A stretch of 64,000 nt of DNA, from the NCBI GenBank assembly GCA_029961055.1, contig JASBVM010000012.1:55741-119740 (forward strand), given 5' to 3'. Below are positions 18,353-27,724 of the stretch, one piece after another. The position numbers and the translations under genes were made by a program. The stretch comes from Bacillota bacterium. GTDB taxonomy: Bacteria > Bacillota > Sulfobacillia > JAIMAT01. The notes under the pieces were generated by a model that did no database searches, was not told the origin of the DNA, and saw only the letters and a program-made list of their open reading frames with translations. The number at the start of each line of letters is the position of its first letter. The first letter of the stretch is position 1.

Positions 18353-18859
18353 TCACGCCAGGCCGGCGGCGCGCTGGCGGAGGTTCCGAAAGGCGGCGGC
18401 CACGGTCGCCTCCGGGGGCCCCTCCAGCGGCACCGCCAGGTGCAGGTGCGGATGCTGGCGCCGGAGCTCGAGGACCGAACCCGCCGGCAGGCCGGGCAGC
18501 TGCTCCGGACCTTCCAGGAGCAGCTCACGCGCGGGCTGCCGGAGGAGGTCCGCCTCGATCACCAGCTGGTCCCCGCGCCGGCGCCAGAGCGTCCAGAGAA
18601 TGGCCAGCGGCGCCTCGCGCCCGGCCAGGAGCGCCAGCACGGCCACGGCGCGGAAAGGCGAGCCGACGCCCTCCAGGTCGATGCGGAAGGCGGAGCCTCC
18701 GTGCCAGCGGATGGTGGCGGAGCCGGCCAGCTCCCGCAGCTCCGGTCGCAGCGCCGCCAGCACCCGCTCGGCCCGCCGCCGGTTGACCCAGGCCCCGGCC
18801 ACCCACCAGACGGCCAGGAGCCCGGCCAGCGCGAAGACCAGCCCATTCTCTGCGGACAC
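18353..18859 (-). CDS. Hypothetical N-terminally membrane-anchored protein (168 aa)
   Basis: GTG start; LVFALAGLLAVWWVAGAWV signal-anchor; last gene of the minus-strand four-gene cluster. Confidence 0.45.
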   Translation of the reverse strand: MSAENGLVFALAGLLAVWWVAGAWVNRRRAERVLAALRPELRELAGSATIRWHGGSAFRIDLEGVGSPFRAVAVLALLAGREAPLAILWTLWRRRGDQLVIEADLLRQPARELLLEGPEQLPGLPAGSVLELRRQHPHLHLAVPLEGPPEATVAAAFRNLRQRAAGLA

Positions 18860-18907
18860 GCCTCTCCCCCCGCCTCCGGGCCACGCCTCGCCGGCTCAGC
18901 CGGCGGT

Positions 18908-19270
18908 TCAGTCCACGTGGGGCAGCTCGTCCACGATGTCGAACTCCTGGGAGAGCCGCTCCCGCCAGCCCGGCAGCCCCTCCAGGGCATAGGGGAGCAG
19001 GCGCAGGCCGACGGAGGCGTTCATCAGCGGCAGGCCGAGAAATTCGCCGAAGATCATCAGGCGGATCAGGTCGTCCAGCTTCCTGGCCTGCTCGCGGGTC
19101 TCGCGGTAGGTGTCGTAGAAGAAGAGGCCCCAGGCGAACTGGCGGAGTCCCTCCCGCCAGCCGGGACGCCCGCGCCGGCCGCCGTCTCCCGTCTCAGTCC
19201 CCGCCGTCCTCCCCACCTCCCGGAGCCGCCGCCCCCCGGGCCCGGGCGTTTCCATCTCTCCCGCGCTCAT
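18908..19270 (-). CDS. Small protein (120 aa), paralog of 15299-15610
   Basis: ATGA start/stop overlap with the upstream gene. The C-terminal region LRQFAWGLFFYDTYRETREQARKLDDLIRLMIFGEFLGLPLMNASVGLRLLPYALEGLPGWRERLSQEFDIVDEL is homologous to the plus-strand small protein. Confidence 0.55.
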   Translation of the reverse strand: MSAGEMETPGPGGRRLREVGRTAGTETGDGGRRGRPGWREGLRQFAWGLFFYDTYRETREQARKLDDLIRLMIFGEFLGLPLMNASVGLRLLPYALEGLPGWRERLSQEFDIVDELPHVD

Positions 19271-20049
19271 GCCGGCGTGCCGAAGACCTGGTCCCGCCAG
19301 CCGCGGAAGTACCGCTCGCTGGCGAAGTTGAGCACCCGCCGCGCCCGCCGGAAGTGGGCGGCCAGGCTCTCCAGCACCCCCCGCCACCCGGAGAGGCTGG
19401 CTCCTGCCTCTTCCGAGGCCATCTCGTAGTAGCGGCGCCCCTCCGCCTCCAGCCAGTCCAGCGGCGTCGCAGAGAGGTTGGCCACGTGCTCGGCGAAGAC
19501 GCCGCTCAGGAAGAGCGCCAGGTCGCCCACCCGCCGGTAGACCAGGAAGCGGTCGCGGGGATCGACCATCCCCGCCAGCTCCTTCATCCGCCGCAGGTCC
19601 AGCTCGCTCACCCGGATGCGGCGAGGACCGCGCGGCGTCCGCACCCAGATCCGGCCGCTGGCGGCGCGGGTGAACGAGGCCAGGAGGAGCGCCAGATACT
19701 CCCGGCGCTCCGGATCGCCCAGGAACCGGACCAGCTCGGGCGTGTCGAAGAGCGGGACGCGCATCCGCGGCCCCGCCAGCTCGCTGGCGTAGCTGGTGCT
19801 GGCCAGCTCCCGCAGCGCCTGCCGCAGGAAGACCTCGAAGAGAAGGAAGGGTGTCACCCTGGCCAACCCTTCCTCCACCCGCGAGAGCCTCTCGAAGAGC
19901 CGCGGGTTGTCGAGCATCACGTCCACCAGCTCCGGCGCCCGGCGCAGCCGCTCCACCGCGGAGGGATCGTCCCCCTGCCCCGCCGCCTCCACCAGGAAGC
20001 GCAGGTCTCGCTCGCTCAGATGCTCCAGAAGGAGCGGCACGGCCGCCAT
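19267..20049 (-). CDS. Hypothetical protein (260 aa)
   Basis: Balanced composition (MAAVPLLLEHLSERDLRFLVEAAG...); translationally coupled to the downstream small paralog; no recognised domain. Confidence 0.5.
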   Translation of the reverse strand: MAAVPLLLEHLSERDLRFLVEAAGQGDDPSAVERLRRAPELVDVMLDNPRLFERLSRVEEGLARVTPFLLFEVFLRQALRELASTSYASELAGPRMRVPLFDTPELVRFLGDPERREYLALLLASFTRAASGRIWVRTPRGPRRIRVSELDLRRMKELAGMVDPRDRFLVYRRVGDLALFLSGVFAEHVANLSATPLDWLEAEGRRYYEMASEEAGASLSGWRGVLESLAAHFRRARRVLNFASERYFRGWRDQVFGTPA

Positions 20050-20092
20050 GGTCCATCCCCCCGGCTCCGACCTTTTGCGGGTTAGAGCCAGT

Positions 20093-21100
20093 TTACTCCG
20101 CTTTCTGCCCGCCGTCGAAGCGCCAGATGCCGCCTTCCCGGACCATCCTGGCGGTGTAGACGACGTTTTCCGTCATTCCCTCCAACTGGAAGGTCCCCTG
20201 CAGCCGCACCTCCGCCCGCTGGCCCTCGCCGGTCTTGGCGTCGCCTCCCACCGGCCGGCCCGCCTCCGCGGTGTAGCCCCGGTAGCTCCCCAGGCCCTCC
20301 GCCCAGGCGGTGACGTCCACGGCCGCGGGCTTCCCGTACCGGGCGCGCAGCCCGGGTCCCATCAACCGCCACATGGCCTCGCGGTCGGGGATGGCCGCGA
20401 TCCAGAGATCCAGCGCCTCCTCCGGTGCCAGACCCCGCACCAGCTCCGAATCCAGCGGAGGCAGAAGCCGCCGGAAGAGGAAGCCCTCCCCCGTGAAGGG
20501 ATGCTCCTCGCTGCCCACCCGCGCCCCCTCCACCCGCAGCTCGACGCCCTTGACGCCCTGGACGGAGGCGGCCGTCAGCGCGATCTGGTCGAGGAGCGTC
20601 CCGACCGCCAGCGTCCCGCCCGCCTGCTCCAGCTCGCCGGAGAAGTCGAGCACCGCCACCGGCCGGGCCACCTCCACCCCGAGCAGCCGGGTCCCCCGGG
20701 GCAGGGCGCTGGCCCACCCGGCCCGCCGCTCTTCCTCGGTCGGCCCGGAGAGAAGCGCCTCCATCGCCGCCCTCAGCCGCGCGTGCACGTCGTCCGGGCG
20801 CACCCCCTCCGGCAGCGGGCGGCGGACCGGGGCGAGGACGGGCCGCTGTCTCCCGCCTCCGCTCCCGTGCACGAAGTAGACCGCCAGGGCGGGCTCGCCC
20901 TCGGGTGCGGGCCCTTTCCGGGAGGGGGGCGCCCCTTGGCTGGCGCCTCCGGGAGCCGGTCCCGTCCCCGCCCCCGTCCCCGACCCCACCCCGACCCCCT
21001 GCCCGCAACCGGCGCCCAGCAGGAGAAGGGCGAGGAGCAGCGCGCTCCCCAGGCGCCGGCCCGCCCGTCGCCATCCGCCTTTCCGATGCCGCACGTCCAT
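20093..21100 (-). CDS. Lipoprotein with GerMN (sporulation/germination GerM-like) domain
   Basis: Signal peptide plus lipobox LLLLGAGC; low-complexity linker; LAVYFVH...G.. and a second beta-rich repeat typical of GerMN domains. Confidence 0.65.
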   Translation of the reverse strand: MDVRHRKGGWRRAGRRLGSALLLALLLLGAGCGQGVGVGSGTGAGTGPAPGGASQGAPPSRKGPAPEGEPALAVYFVHGSGGGRQRPVLAPVRRPLPEGVRPDDVHARLRAAMEALLSGPTEEERRAGWASALPRGTRLLGVEVARPVAVLDFSGELEQAGGTLAVGTLLDQIALTAASVQGVKGVELRVEGARVGSEEHPFTGEGFLFRRLLPPLDSELVRGLAPEEALDLWIAAIPDREAMWRLMGPGLRARYGKPAAVDVTAWAEGLGSYRGYTAEAGRPVGGDAKTGEGQRAEVRLQGTFQLEGMTENVVYTARMVREGGIWRFDGGQKAE

Positions 21101-21187
21101 CCCTCCGCGCTCCTTGGACGCGCCAGCGGCCTGCGGGTTCCCCGCGCCGGAGCCGGAGACCTCCTCTCCCGCCGGCCCAGGTTATCT

Positions 21188-22552
21188 ATGGTAGGATACG
21201 AAGCGACCGTTCACGCTCGGACCAACCCCTTTCCTCCCCCCGGAGGTGTTCGCTCGACGGACAAGCGGCCGTCCCTGCGCCTGAGCGGAGCCTTCTCCGC
21301 CTTGCGCCACCGGAACTTCCAGCTCTTTTTCGCAGGTCAGACCGTCTCGCTGGTGGGCACCTGGATGCAGAACGTGGGCCAGGGCTGGCTCGTCCTCCAG
21401 CTGAGCGACTCTCCCTGGGTGCTGGGCATGGTCAGCGCGCTCCAGTTCGTGCCCTTCCTGATCTTCTCGCTGGTGGCGGGGGCGCTGGTCGACCGGATGG
21501 CGAAGCGGCGCCTCCTGGTGGCCACCCAGAGCACCCTCGCCCTTCTCGCCCTGGTCCTGGGGCTTCTGACGCTCTCCGGCCAGGTGCGCGTCTGGCACGT
21601 GATGGTGCTCGCCTTCCTGACCGGGACGGTGCAGAGCTTCGACAACCCGGGGCGGCAGGCGTTCCTGGTCGAGATGGTCGGGCGGGAAGACCTGATGAAC
21701 GCCATCTCGCTCAACTCCTCCACCTTCAACGGCGCCCGCCTGGTGGGGCCGGCCGTGGCGGGGCTGGTCATCGGCGCGGCGGGAGCAGGCTGGGCCTTTC
21801 TGCTCAACGCGGCCAGCTTCGTCGCCGTGATCGCCGGCCTCCTGATGATGCGCCTCGAGCCCGGCCGCGAACGGCCCGTCCACGCCCCGCTGCTCAAGGA
21901 AGTGGTGGGCGGCCTGGATTACGTCCGCAAGACCCCGGCGGTGCTGGTCACCATCCTCCTGATCGGCGTCATCAGCACCTTCGCTCTCAACTTCAACGTC
22001 CTGATGCCGGTCTTCGCGCGCTACACGCTCCGGGCGGGCCCGGAGATCTACGGCTACCTCATGTCCGCCATGGGCTCGGGCGCGCTGGCGGGCGGCCTGG
22101 TCCTGGCCTACCTCTCGCGCTGGGGTCCGCGGCGGGAGATCCTCCTGGGCGGGGCGCTCCTCTTCACCACCGGCGTCACCGTCCTGGGCTTCGTCCGGCA
22201 GTTCGTGCCGGCGATGCTCCTCCTCTTCCTGATCGGCTTCGCCATGATCGGCTACACCGCCACCTCCAACAGCACCATCCAGGTGACGGTGCCCGACCAG
22301 CTGCGCGGGCGCGTGATGAGCCTCTACGTGATGGTCCTCAACGGCGTCGCCCCCGTGGGCGCGCTCTTCGTCGGCGGGCTCGCCCAGCGCTGGGACGCGG
22401 GGGCCGGTTTCCTGGTCGGGGGCGCCGTCAGCCTGGCGGCCGTGCTGGCCGCCCTGGCGCTGCGCAGGCGCTGGGACCCCGACCTCCGGCCGGCACCTGC
22501 GGTGCGCGGGGGCGCGGCAGGCTGCCCGCGCCAGGGGGAGGGGGGCGCCTGA
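21188..22552 (+). CDS. MFS transporter (EntS/MFS_3-like)
   Basis: FSALRHRNFQLFFAGQTVSLVGTWMQNVGQGWLVLQLS N-terminal MFS_3 signature; 12 TM. Start at ATG 21188 is uncertain. Confidence 0.8.
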   Translation: MVGYEATVHARTNPFPPPGGVRSTDKRPSLRLSGAFSALRHRNFQLFFAGQTVSLVGTWMQNVGQGWLVLQLSDSPWVLGMVSALQFVPFLIFSLVAGALVDRMAKRRLLVATQSTLALLALVLGLLTLSGQVRVWHVMVLAFLTGTVQSFDNPGRQAFLVEMVGREDLMNAISLNSSTFNGARLVGPAVAGLVIGAAGAGWAFLLNAASFVAVIAGLLMMRLEPGRERPVHAPLLKEVVGGLDYVRKTPAVLVTILLIGVISTFALNFNVLMPVFARYTLRAGPEIYGYLMSAMGSGALAGGLVLAYLSRWGPRREILLGGALLFTTGVTVLGFVRQFVPAMLLLFLIGFAMIGYTATSNSTIQVTVPDQLRGRVMSLYVMVLNGVAPVGALFVGGLAQRWDAGAGFLVGGAVSLAAVLAALALRRRWDPDLRPAPAVRGGAAGCPRQGEGGA

Positions 22553-23820
22553 TGGGTGGCCGGCGGACGGAGGATCGCCCGCCCCGCCCCGACCGGCGCC
22601 TGCCGGCCACCGTCTGGGCGGCCGGGCTGGTCAGCCTGCTCACGGACATCTCCACGGAGATGATCGTCCCGGTGCTCCCCCTCTTCGTCACCGAGACGCT
22701 CCACGCCGGGGCGGGCGCGCTGGGACTCCTGGAGGGCGTGGCGGAGAGCACCGCCAGCGTCCTCCGCGTCGCCTCCGGCTGGTTCTCCGACCGGATCGGC
22801 CGCAGGAAGCCCCTGATGCTGGCCGGCTACGGCTTCTCCAACCTGGTCAAGCCGCTCTTCGCGCTCTCCACGAGCTGGATCCAGGTGCTGGGCATCCGCT
22901 TCCTGGACCGCTTCGGCAAGGGGATCCGGGGAGCCCCCCGCGACGCGCTCCTGGCGGAGGTGACGCCGCTGGAGGATCGCGGCCGCTCCTTCGGCCTCCA
23001 CCGGGCGCTGGATACGCTGGGGGCGGCGCTGGGACCGCTCCTGGCGGCCTGGCTCCTGGCCTCGGCGCCCGGCCGGTACCGGACCATCTTCTGGGTCTCG
23101 GCCATTCCCGGCACGCTGGCCGTGCTGATCCTCCTCTTCGCCGTCCACGAGCCCGCGCCCGGTCGCTCCGCCCGCGCCGTGGAGGGGCGGAAGGGGGAAC
23201 CCGCCCCGAGCGGGCGGGTGTCGGATCTCGGGGGCGCCTTCCTCTGGCTGCTGGCGGCCGCGACGCTCTTCTCGCTGGGCAACTCCTCCGACGCCTTCCT
23301 GATCCTGAAGGCACGGAGCACCGGCCTGGATGACTCGCTGGTACCGCTGGCCTACTTCCTCCTGAACGCGGTCTACTCCGCCGCGTCGTACCCCCTGGGG
23401 GCGCTCTCCGACCGGGTGGGACGCTTCCCGCTGGTGCTCGGCGGCTGGGTCGCCTTCGCCCTGATCTACGCGGGCTTCGCCCTCGCCTCCCGGCCGCCGG
23501 CCATCTGGTTCCTCTTCGCCGTCTACGGGGTGTATTACGCTGCGACGGAAGGGATGCTGCGGGCGCTGGCCGCCGACCTGGTGCCCGCACCGCGCCGGGC
23601 GACGGCGCTCGGCCTGCTCAACGGGCTGACCGGCGTGGCGCTCCTTCCCGCCAGCGTGGTGGCCGGGTGGCTCTGGCAGAGCGTGGCGCCCGCCGCGGTC
23701 TTCTGGTTCGGTGCCGCCACGGCGCTGGCCGCGGCCCTCCTCCTCCTGGCCGGCCGCAGGAAGCTCCTCGCCGGCGTGGAGGCCGGCGCCGGAGGGGACC
23801 GGGCGGCTCCGTCGAGCTAG
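22552..23820 (+). CDS. MFS transporter
   Basis: 12-TM protein with GWFSDRIGRRKPLMLAG MFS motif A; ATG overlaps the preceding stop (TGATG). Confidence 0.8.
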   Translation: MGGRRTEDRPPRPDRRLPATVWAAGLVSLLTDISTEMIVPVLPLFVTETLHAGAGALGLLEGVAESTASVLRVASGWFSDRIGRRKPLMLAGYGFSNLVKPLFALSTSWIQVLGIRFLDRFGKGIRGAPRDALLAEVTPLEDRGRSFGLHRALDTLGAALGPLLAAWLLASAPGRYRTIFWVSAIPGTLAVLILLFAVHEPAPGRSARAVEGRKGEPAPSGRVSDLGGAFLWLLAAATLFSLGNSSDAFLILKARSTGLDDSLVPLAYFLLNAVYSAASYPLGALSDRVGRFPLVLGGWVAFALIYAGFALASRPPAIWFLFAVYGVYYAATEGMLRALAADLVPAPRRATALGLLNGLTGVALLPASVVAGWLWQSVAPAAVFWFGAATALAAALLLLAGRRKLLAGVEAGAGGDRAAPSS

Positions 23821-23826
23821 GGAGGG

Positions 23827-25215
23827 ATGCGGGTGAGGCCGTCGCTGGGCGAGGCGATCGGGCGGCTGCCGGCGCTCTTCACCGGCTTCGCCCTGGGCCA
23901 CTTCGCCCTGGGCGCGCTCCTCGGCGCCTGGATGGCGCTCCGGCCGGCCGTCGTCCCCCTGCTCCGGCCGCTCCACGAGGTGCTCAACCCCTGGGGCTGG
24001 CTCACCTTCCTCATCTACGGGGTGACCTACGCCATGCTCGCCCTCCTCCTGGGACGCCAGGCACCCTGGCCCTGGCTGGGGCGGCTGCACCTGGCGGTGG
24101 CGGAGTCGGCCATCTGGCTCCTGGTGGCCGCCGACGTCGGCTCCTCCGCCCCGCTGGCCACGGCCGGGCTGGCGCTCCAGGCGGCGGCGCCCTGGCTCTT
24201 CCTGGCCAACCTCATGAGCGCGGTCTTCTTCGGCAGCCGCCTCGACCGGGAGGCGCTGGCCGAGTCGGCCAGCCGCCTGCTGGCCCGCCGGGCGGAGCGG
24301 GCCGGGCGGCCCGCTCCCGCTCGGCATCCGCGGCGGGCGGCTCGCCCGGCACCCTGGATCCACCTGCTCGCCCGCTCCGAGGTGGCCCGGAGCACCGATC
24401 CGGTGGGCCGGCGCGGGACGGAGCTGGCGGCGCTGGCCCTGCTGCTGGCGGCGGCCCTGGAGGCGGGGCCGCTCTTCGGTCGCTCGACCCTCTCCCTGCC
24501 CTACGTCGCCACCCCCGCCGGGGGACTCCTCCTCCGCTACGGCTGGATCGCGGGCACGCTCCTGGCCGTGCCGCTCCACCTCCTGCCGCGCTGGCTCGGC
24601 TACGGCGCCGTCCGCCGGCGGGGCGGCGAGCTGGTCCAGCTCCTCTGGCTGCCCGCGCTGGCGCTGGCGGCGGCCGGCCTGGCGCGGGGCGCCTGGTCGC
24701 TGGCGGCGGTGGGAAGCCGGCTGCTGGGGCTGGCCTTCCTCTACGCGGCCGCGCTCTACCTGGCGCCCGGCCGCCGCCTGCGGCGGCTGGGCCCACCGCT
24801 GGCCCTCGCCTGGAACGCGGGCTGGGCCTTCGCGGCGGTCCTGGGGCTCGCGCTCCTCCTCGGGCTCGACCCGCTCTCGCCGCTGGCCACCCACCTGGCG
24901 CTCCTGGGCTGGGCGACCACCCTGGCCTACGGCGTCGGTTACGCCCTGTTCCCCCTCTTTCTCCGGCGGCGACCGCGGGCGGTGGGGCTCTCCCTCCTCC
25001 AGCTCGCCCTGGCCGTGGCCGGTGTGGCGCTGATGGCGCTGGGCTTCCTCCTGGGGGAAGGCGGGAGCGCGGCGGGAGGCCTTCCCTCGGGGGAGGGACT
25101 CCTGGCCGCGGGCGGCTCGCTGGCCGCCGTCGCGGCGCTCCTCTACGCCCTGCTCTGGCTTCCCGGCCGCTCCCCTGCGGAGGAACCGGGCGGGGAACCG
25201 GGCGGGGAAGGCTAA
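23827..25215 (+). CDS. Hypothetical polytopic membrane protein (462 aa)
   Basis: GGGAGGG RBS 7 nt after the MFS stop; very high GC3; more than 10 predicted TM helices; no recognised family. Confidence 0.5.
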   Translation: MRVRPSLGEAIGRLPALFTGFALGHFALGALLGAWMALRPAVVPLLRPLHEVLNPWGWLTFLIYGVTYAMLALLLGRQAPWPWLGRLHLAVAESAIWLLVAADVGSSAPLATAGLALQAAAPWLFLANLMSAVFFGSRLDREALAESASRLLARRAERAGRPAPARHPRRAARPAPWIHLLARSEVARSTDPVGRRGTELAALALLLAAALEAGPLFGRSTLSLPYVATPAGGLLLRYGWIAGTLLAVPLHLLPRWLGYGAVRRRGGELVQLLWLPALALAAAGLARGAWSLAAVGSRLLGLAFLYAAALYLAPGRRLRRLGPPLALAWNAGWAFAAVLGLALLLGLDPLSPLATHLALLGWATTLAYGVGYALFPLFLRRRPRAVGLSLLQLALAVAGVALMALGFLLGEGGSAAGGLPSGEGLLAAGGSLAAVAALLYALLWLPGRSPAEEPGGEPGGEG

Positions 25216-25337
25216 GATGGGAACCGGCGCCAGCCCGCAGGGCGGCGCGCCCTGCGGCCGGGGCGGTGGCCCCGATCCCGGCTGGCGGAGGCTGCCGGGG
25301 CGGGCGCCAAGTTTCAGGAGTTGGAGGGTGAGGCGGC

Positions 25338-27164
25338 TTGGACGGCAACCCCGACAAGGAACGGGCCCGGGGCGCGGTGCCCGAGCGGAACGCCACCGAT
25401 CCGCGCTACCGCTGGCGGGTGGAGGATCTCTTCCCCGACGAGGAGAGCTGGGAGAGGGCGCTGCAACAGGCGGAGGCGACGATTCCCCGGCTGGCGGCGC
25501 TGCGCGGCCGGCTCGCCGGCGGCGCCGGCGAACTGCTCGCCGTCCTCCGCGCGGCCGACGAGCTGGAGCTGGCGCTGGAGCGGCTCGTCGTCTACGCCAA
25601 GCTGCGCATGGACGAGGATCAGCGCGTCAGCCGCCACCAGGAGATGATGGACCGCGCCATGGCGGTGGCCACCCGGGCGGCCGAGGCGGGGGCCTTCATC
25701 GAGCCCGAGATCCTGGCCATCGACCCCGAGCGGCTCCGGCGCTGGCAGGAGGAGGAGCCCGGCCTCGCCCCCTACCGCCAGCGCTTGAGCGTGCTGGAAC
25801 GCCTCCGCCCCCACGTGCGCTCGGCCGAGATGGAGGAGCTGCTGGCCTCGGCCGGCCAGATGGGCCAAGCCCCGGGGCGGATCTTCGAGGCCGTCCAGTA
25901 CGCCGACATGCGCTTCCCCACCATCCGTGACGCGCGCGGCAAGGAAGTGGAGATGAGCCACGGGCGGTACACCCGCCTCCTGGAGGAGCCCGACCGGGAG
26001 GTCAGGCGGCGCGCTTTCGCCGCCATGGGCGAGACGCTGGCCCGGCACCGCCACACCCTGGCCGCCTCGCTCCAGGCGGAGGTGCGCAAGAACGTCTTCT
26101 TCGCCCGGGCGCGGCGCTACGGCTCGGCGCGGGAGGCGGCGCTGGCGCCCCACCAGATCCCGGTCTCGGTCTACGACAACCTGGTCCAGACCGTCCGTCG
26201 CCACCTGGACCTGCTCCACCGCTGGGTGGCGCTCCGGAAGCGGGCGCTGGGCCTGGACGAGATCCACCTGTACGACGTCTACGTCCCCGTCGACGCCGGC
26301 GAGGAGCGCCCCATCCCCTACGAGGAAGCGGTCCGCCTGGTGGAGGACGGCCTCCGCCCGCTGGGCGAGGGGTACCTGCGCGATTTCGACGCCGGCGTGC
26401 GCGGCGGCTGGGTGGACGTCTATGAGAACCGCGGCAAGGCGTCCGGCGCGTACACCAGCACCGTCTACGGGACACACCCCTACGTCCTGCTCAACTACCA
26501 GGAGAACCTGGACAGCGTCTTCACGCTGGCCCACGAGATGGGCCACGCCATGCACAGCTTCTACTCCAACGCCCGCCAGCCGTACCCCACGTCGCAATAC
26601 GCCCTCTTCGTGGCCGAGGTGGCCTCCACCCTGAACGAGTCGCTCCTCATCCAGGAGATGCTGGAACGGACCCGGGACCCCATGGAGCAGCGCCGGCTCC
26701 TGGACCGCTACCTGCAGGCCTTCCGGGCGACGCTCTTCCGGCAGACGCTCTTCGCCGAGTTCGAGCAGCGGATTCACGAGCTGGTCGAGTCCGGCGGCGC
26801 GCTCCAAGCCGAGAACCTCTCCACGATCTACCACGACCTGAACGTCGACTACTTCGGGCCGGAGATGGTGATCGACGCCGAGATCGACCTGGAGTGGGCC
26901 AGGATCCCCCACTTCTACATGAACTTCTATGTCTACCAGTACGCCACCGCCTTCTCCGCCGCCACCGCCCTGGCCCAGCGGATCCGCCGCGAAGGCGAGC
27001 CGGCGCAGCGCAGATACCTCGACTTCCTCGCCAGCGGCAGCTCGCGCGACCCCCTGGACCTGCTCGAGGCCGCTGGCGTCGACCTGCGCCGGCCCGAGCC
27101 CATCGAAGAGGCGCTCGCCTTCTTCTCCCGGCTTCTCGACCGCTTCGAGGCAACGGGGCTATGA
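25338..27164 (+). CDS. pepF: Oligoendopeptidase F (M3B family)
   Basis: HEMGHAMH zinc motif with downstream E; full-length M3B architecture. TTG start after GGAGGGTGAGG. Confidence 0.9.
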   Translation: MDGNPDKERARGAVPERNATDPRYRWRVEDLFPDEESWERALQQAEATIPRLAALRGRLAGGAGELLAVLRAADELELALERLVVYAKLRMDEDQRVSRHQEMMDRAMAVATRAAEAGAFIEPEILAIDPERLRRWQEEEPGLAPYRQRLSVLERLRPHVRSAEMEELLASAGQMGQAPGRIFEAVQYADMRFPTIRDARGKEVEMSHGRYTRLLEEPDREVRRRAFAAMGETLARHRHTLAASLQAEVRKNVFFARARRYGSAREAALAPHQIPVSVYDNLVQTVRRHLDLLHRWVALRKRALGLDEIHLYDVYVPVDAGEERPIPYEEAVRLVEDGLRPLGEGYLRDFDAGVRGGWVDVYENRGKASGAYTSTVYGTHPYVLLNYQENLDSVFTLAHEMGHAMHSFYSNARQPYPTSQYALFVAEVASTLNESLLIQEMLERTRDPMEQRRLLDRYLQAFRATLFRQTLFAEFEQRIHELVESGGALQAENLSTIYHDLNVDYFGPEMVIDAEIDLEWARIPHFYMNFYVYQYATAFSAATALAQRIRREGEPAQRRYLDFLASGSSRDPLDLLEAAGVDLRRPEPIEEALAFFSRLLDRFEATGL

Positions 27165-27198
27165 TGGCGGCGAAGCCGGTCAAGTACCACAAGGGGGT

Positions 27199-27546
27199 AT
27201 GGGTACTGTGAGGATCGCACTTCCTGTCGACGCCGACGGGCAGGTCTTCCCCCACTTCGGCCGGGCGCCGCGGCTGGCGGTGGCCACGCTGGAGGACGGG
27301 CAGGTGCACGACTGGCAGGTGCTGGAGGTCGACTGGGGCGCCTCCCACGACCGGGAACCCCACGGGGAGCACCACCGCCGGGTCTTCGAGGACCTGCGCG
27401 GGCAGGGCGTGGAGGTGGTCCTGGCCGGTGGCATGGGCGAGGGCATGGTCCGCTCCCTGAGCGGTGCCGGCGTCCAGGTGGTGCTGGGCGTCTCCGGCGA
27501 CGCCCGCAGCGCCGCCGAGACGTATGCCGCGGAGCATGGCGCCTGA
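27199..27546 (+). CDS. NifB/NifX-like dinitrogenase FeMo-cofactor family (PF02579) protein
   Basis: VRIALPVDADGQVFPHFGRAPRLAVATLEDGQV...VVLAGGMGEG is typical of the family. Confidence 0.7.
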   Translation: MGTVRIALPVDADGQVFPHFGRAPRLAVATLEDGQVHDWQVLEVDWGASHDREPHGEHHRRVFEDLRGQGVEVVLAGGMGEGMVRSLSGAGVQVVLGVSGDARSAAETYAAEHGA

Positions 27547-27724
27547 GCCTGCGGCCCCTGGTCGGAGAGCGCCGGTACCCGCCGGCGGCGCGTCATCCTC
27601 CCCGCTGTAGGGGACGGGCGGTGCCCCGTGACGGGCGCCGCCCGCCCCTTCCGTCCCTCGTCTCGCACCGGTCGGCTCCGCCTCCCGCCTCGTCTATACT
27701 CGGAGCAAGAGACGGGGTGGGGCC

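Noticed and set aside
19796-21187. First half of the 918-aa plus ORF, and 20905..22551 of the 971-aa plus ORF
   Set aside because: Antisense to the GerMN lipoprotein and hypothetical genes. Real MFS genes start at 21188 and 22552.
22324-24894. 856-aa minus-strand ORF
   Set aside because: Antisense to the two MFS genes and the membrane protein; the product is almost pure R/G/P/A/E.
27590-27640. Imperfect GC hairpin after the NifX-like gene
   Set aside because: The stem has mismatches and there is no U-tract. It is not supportable as a terminator.
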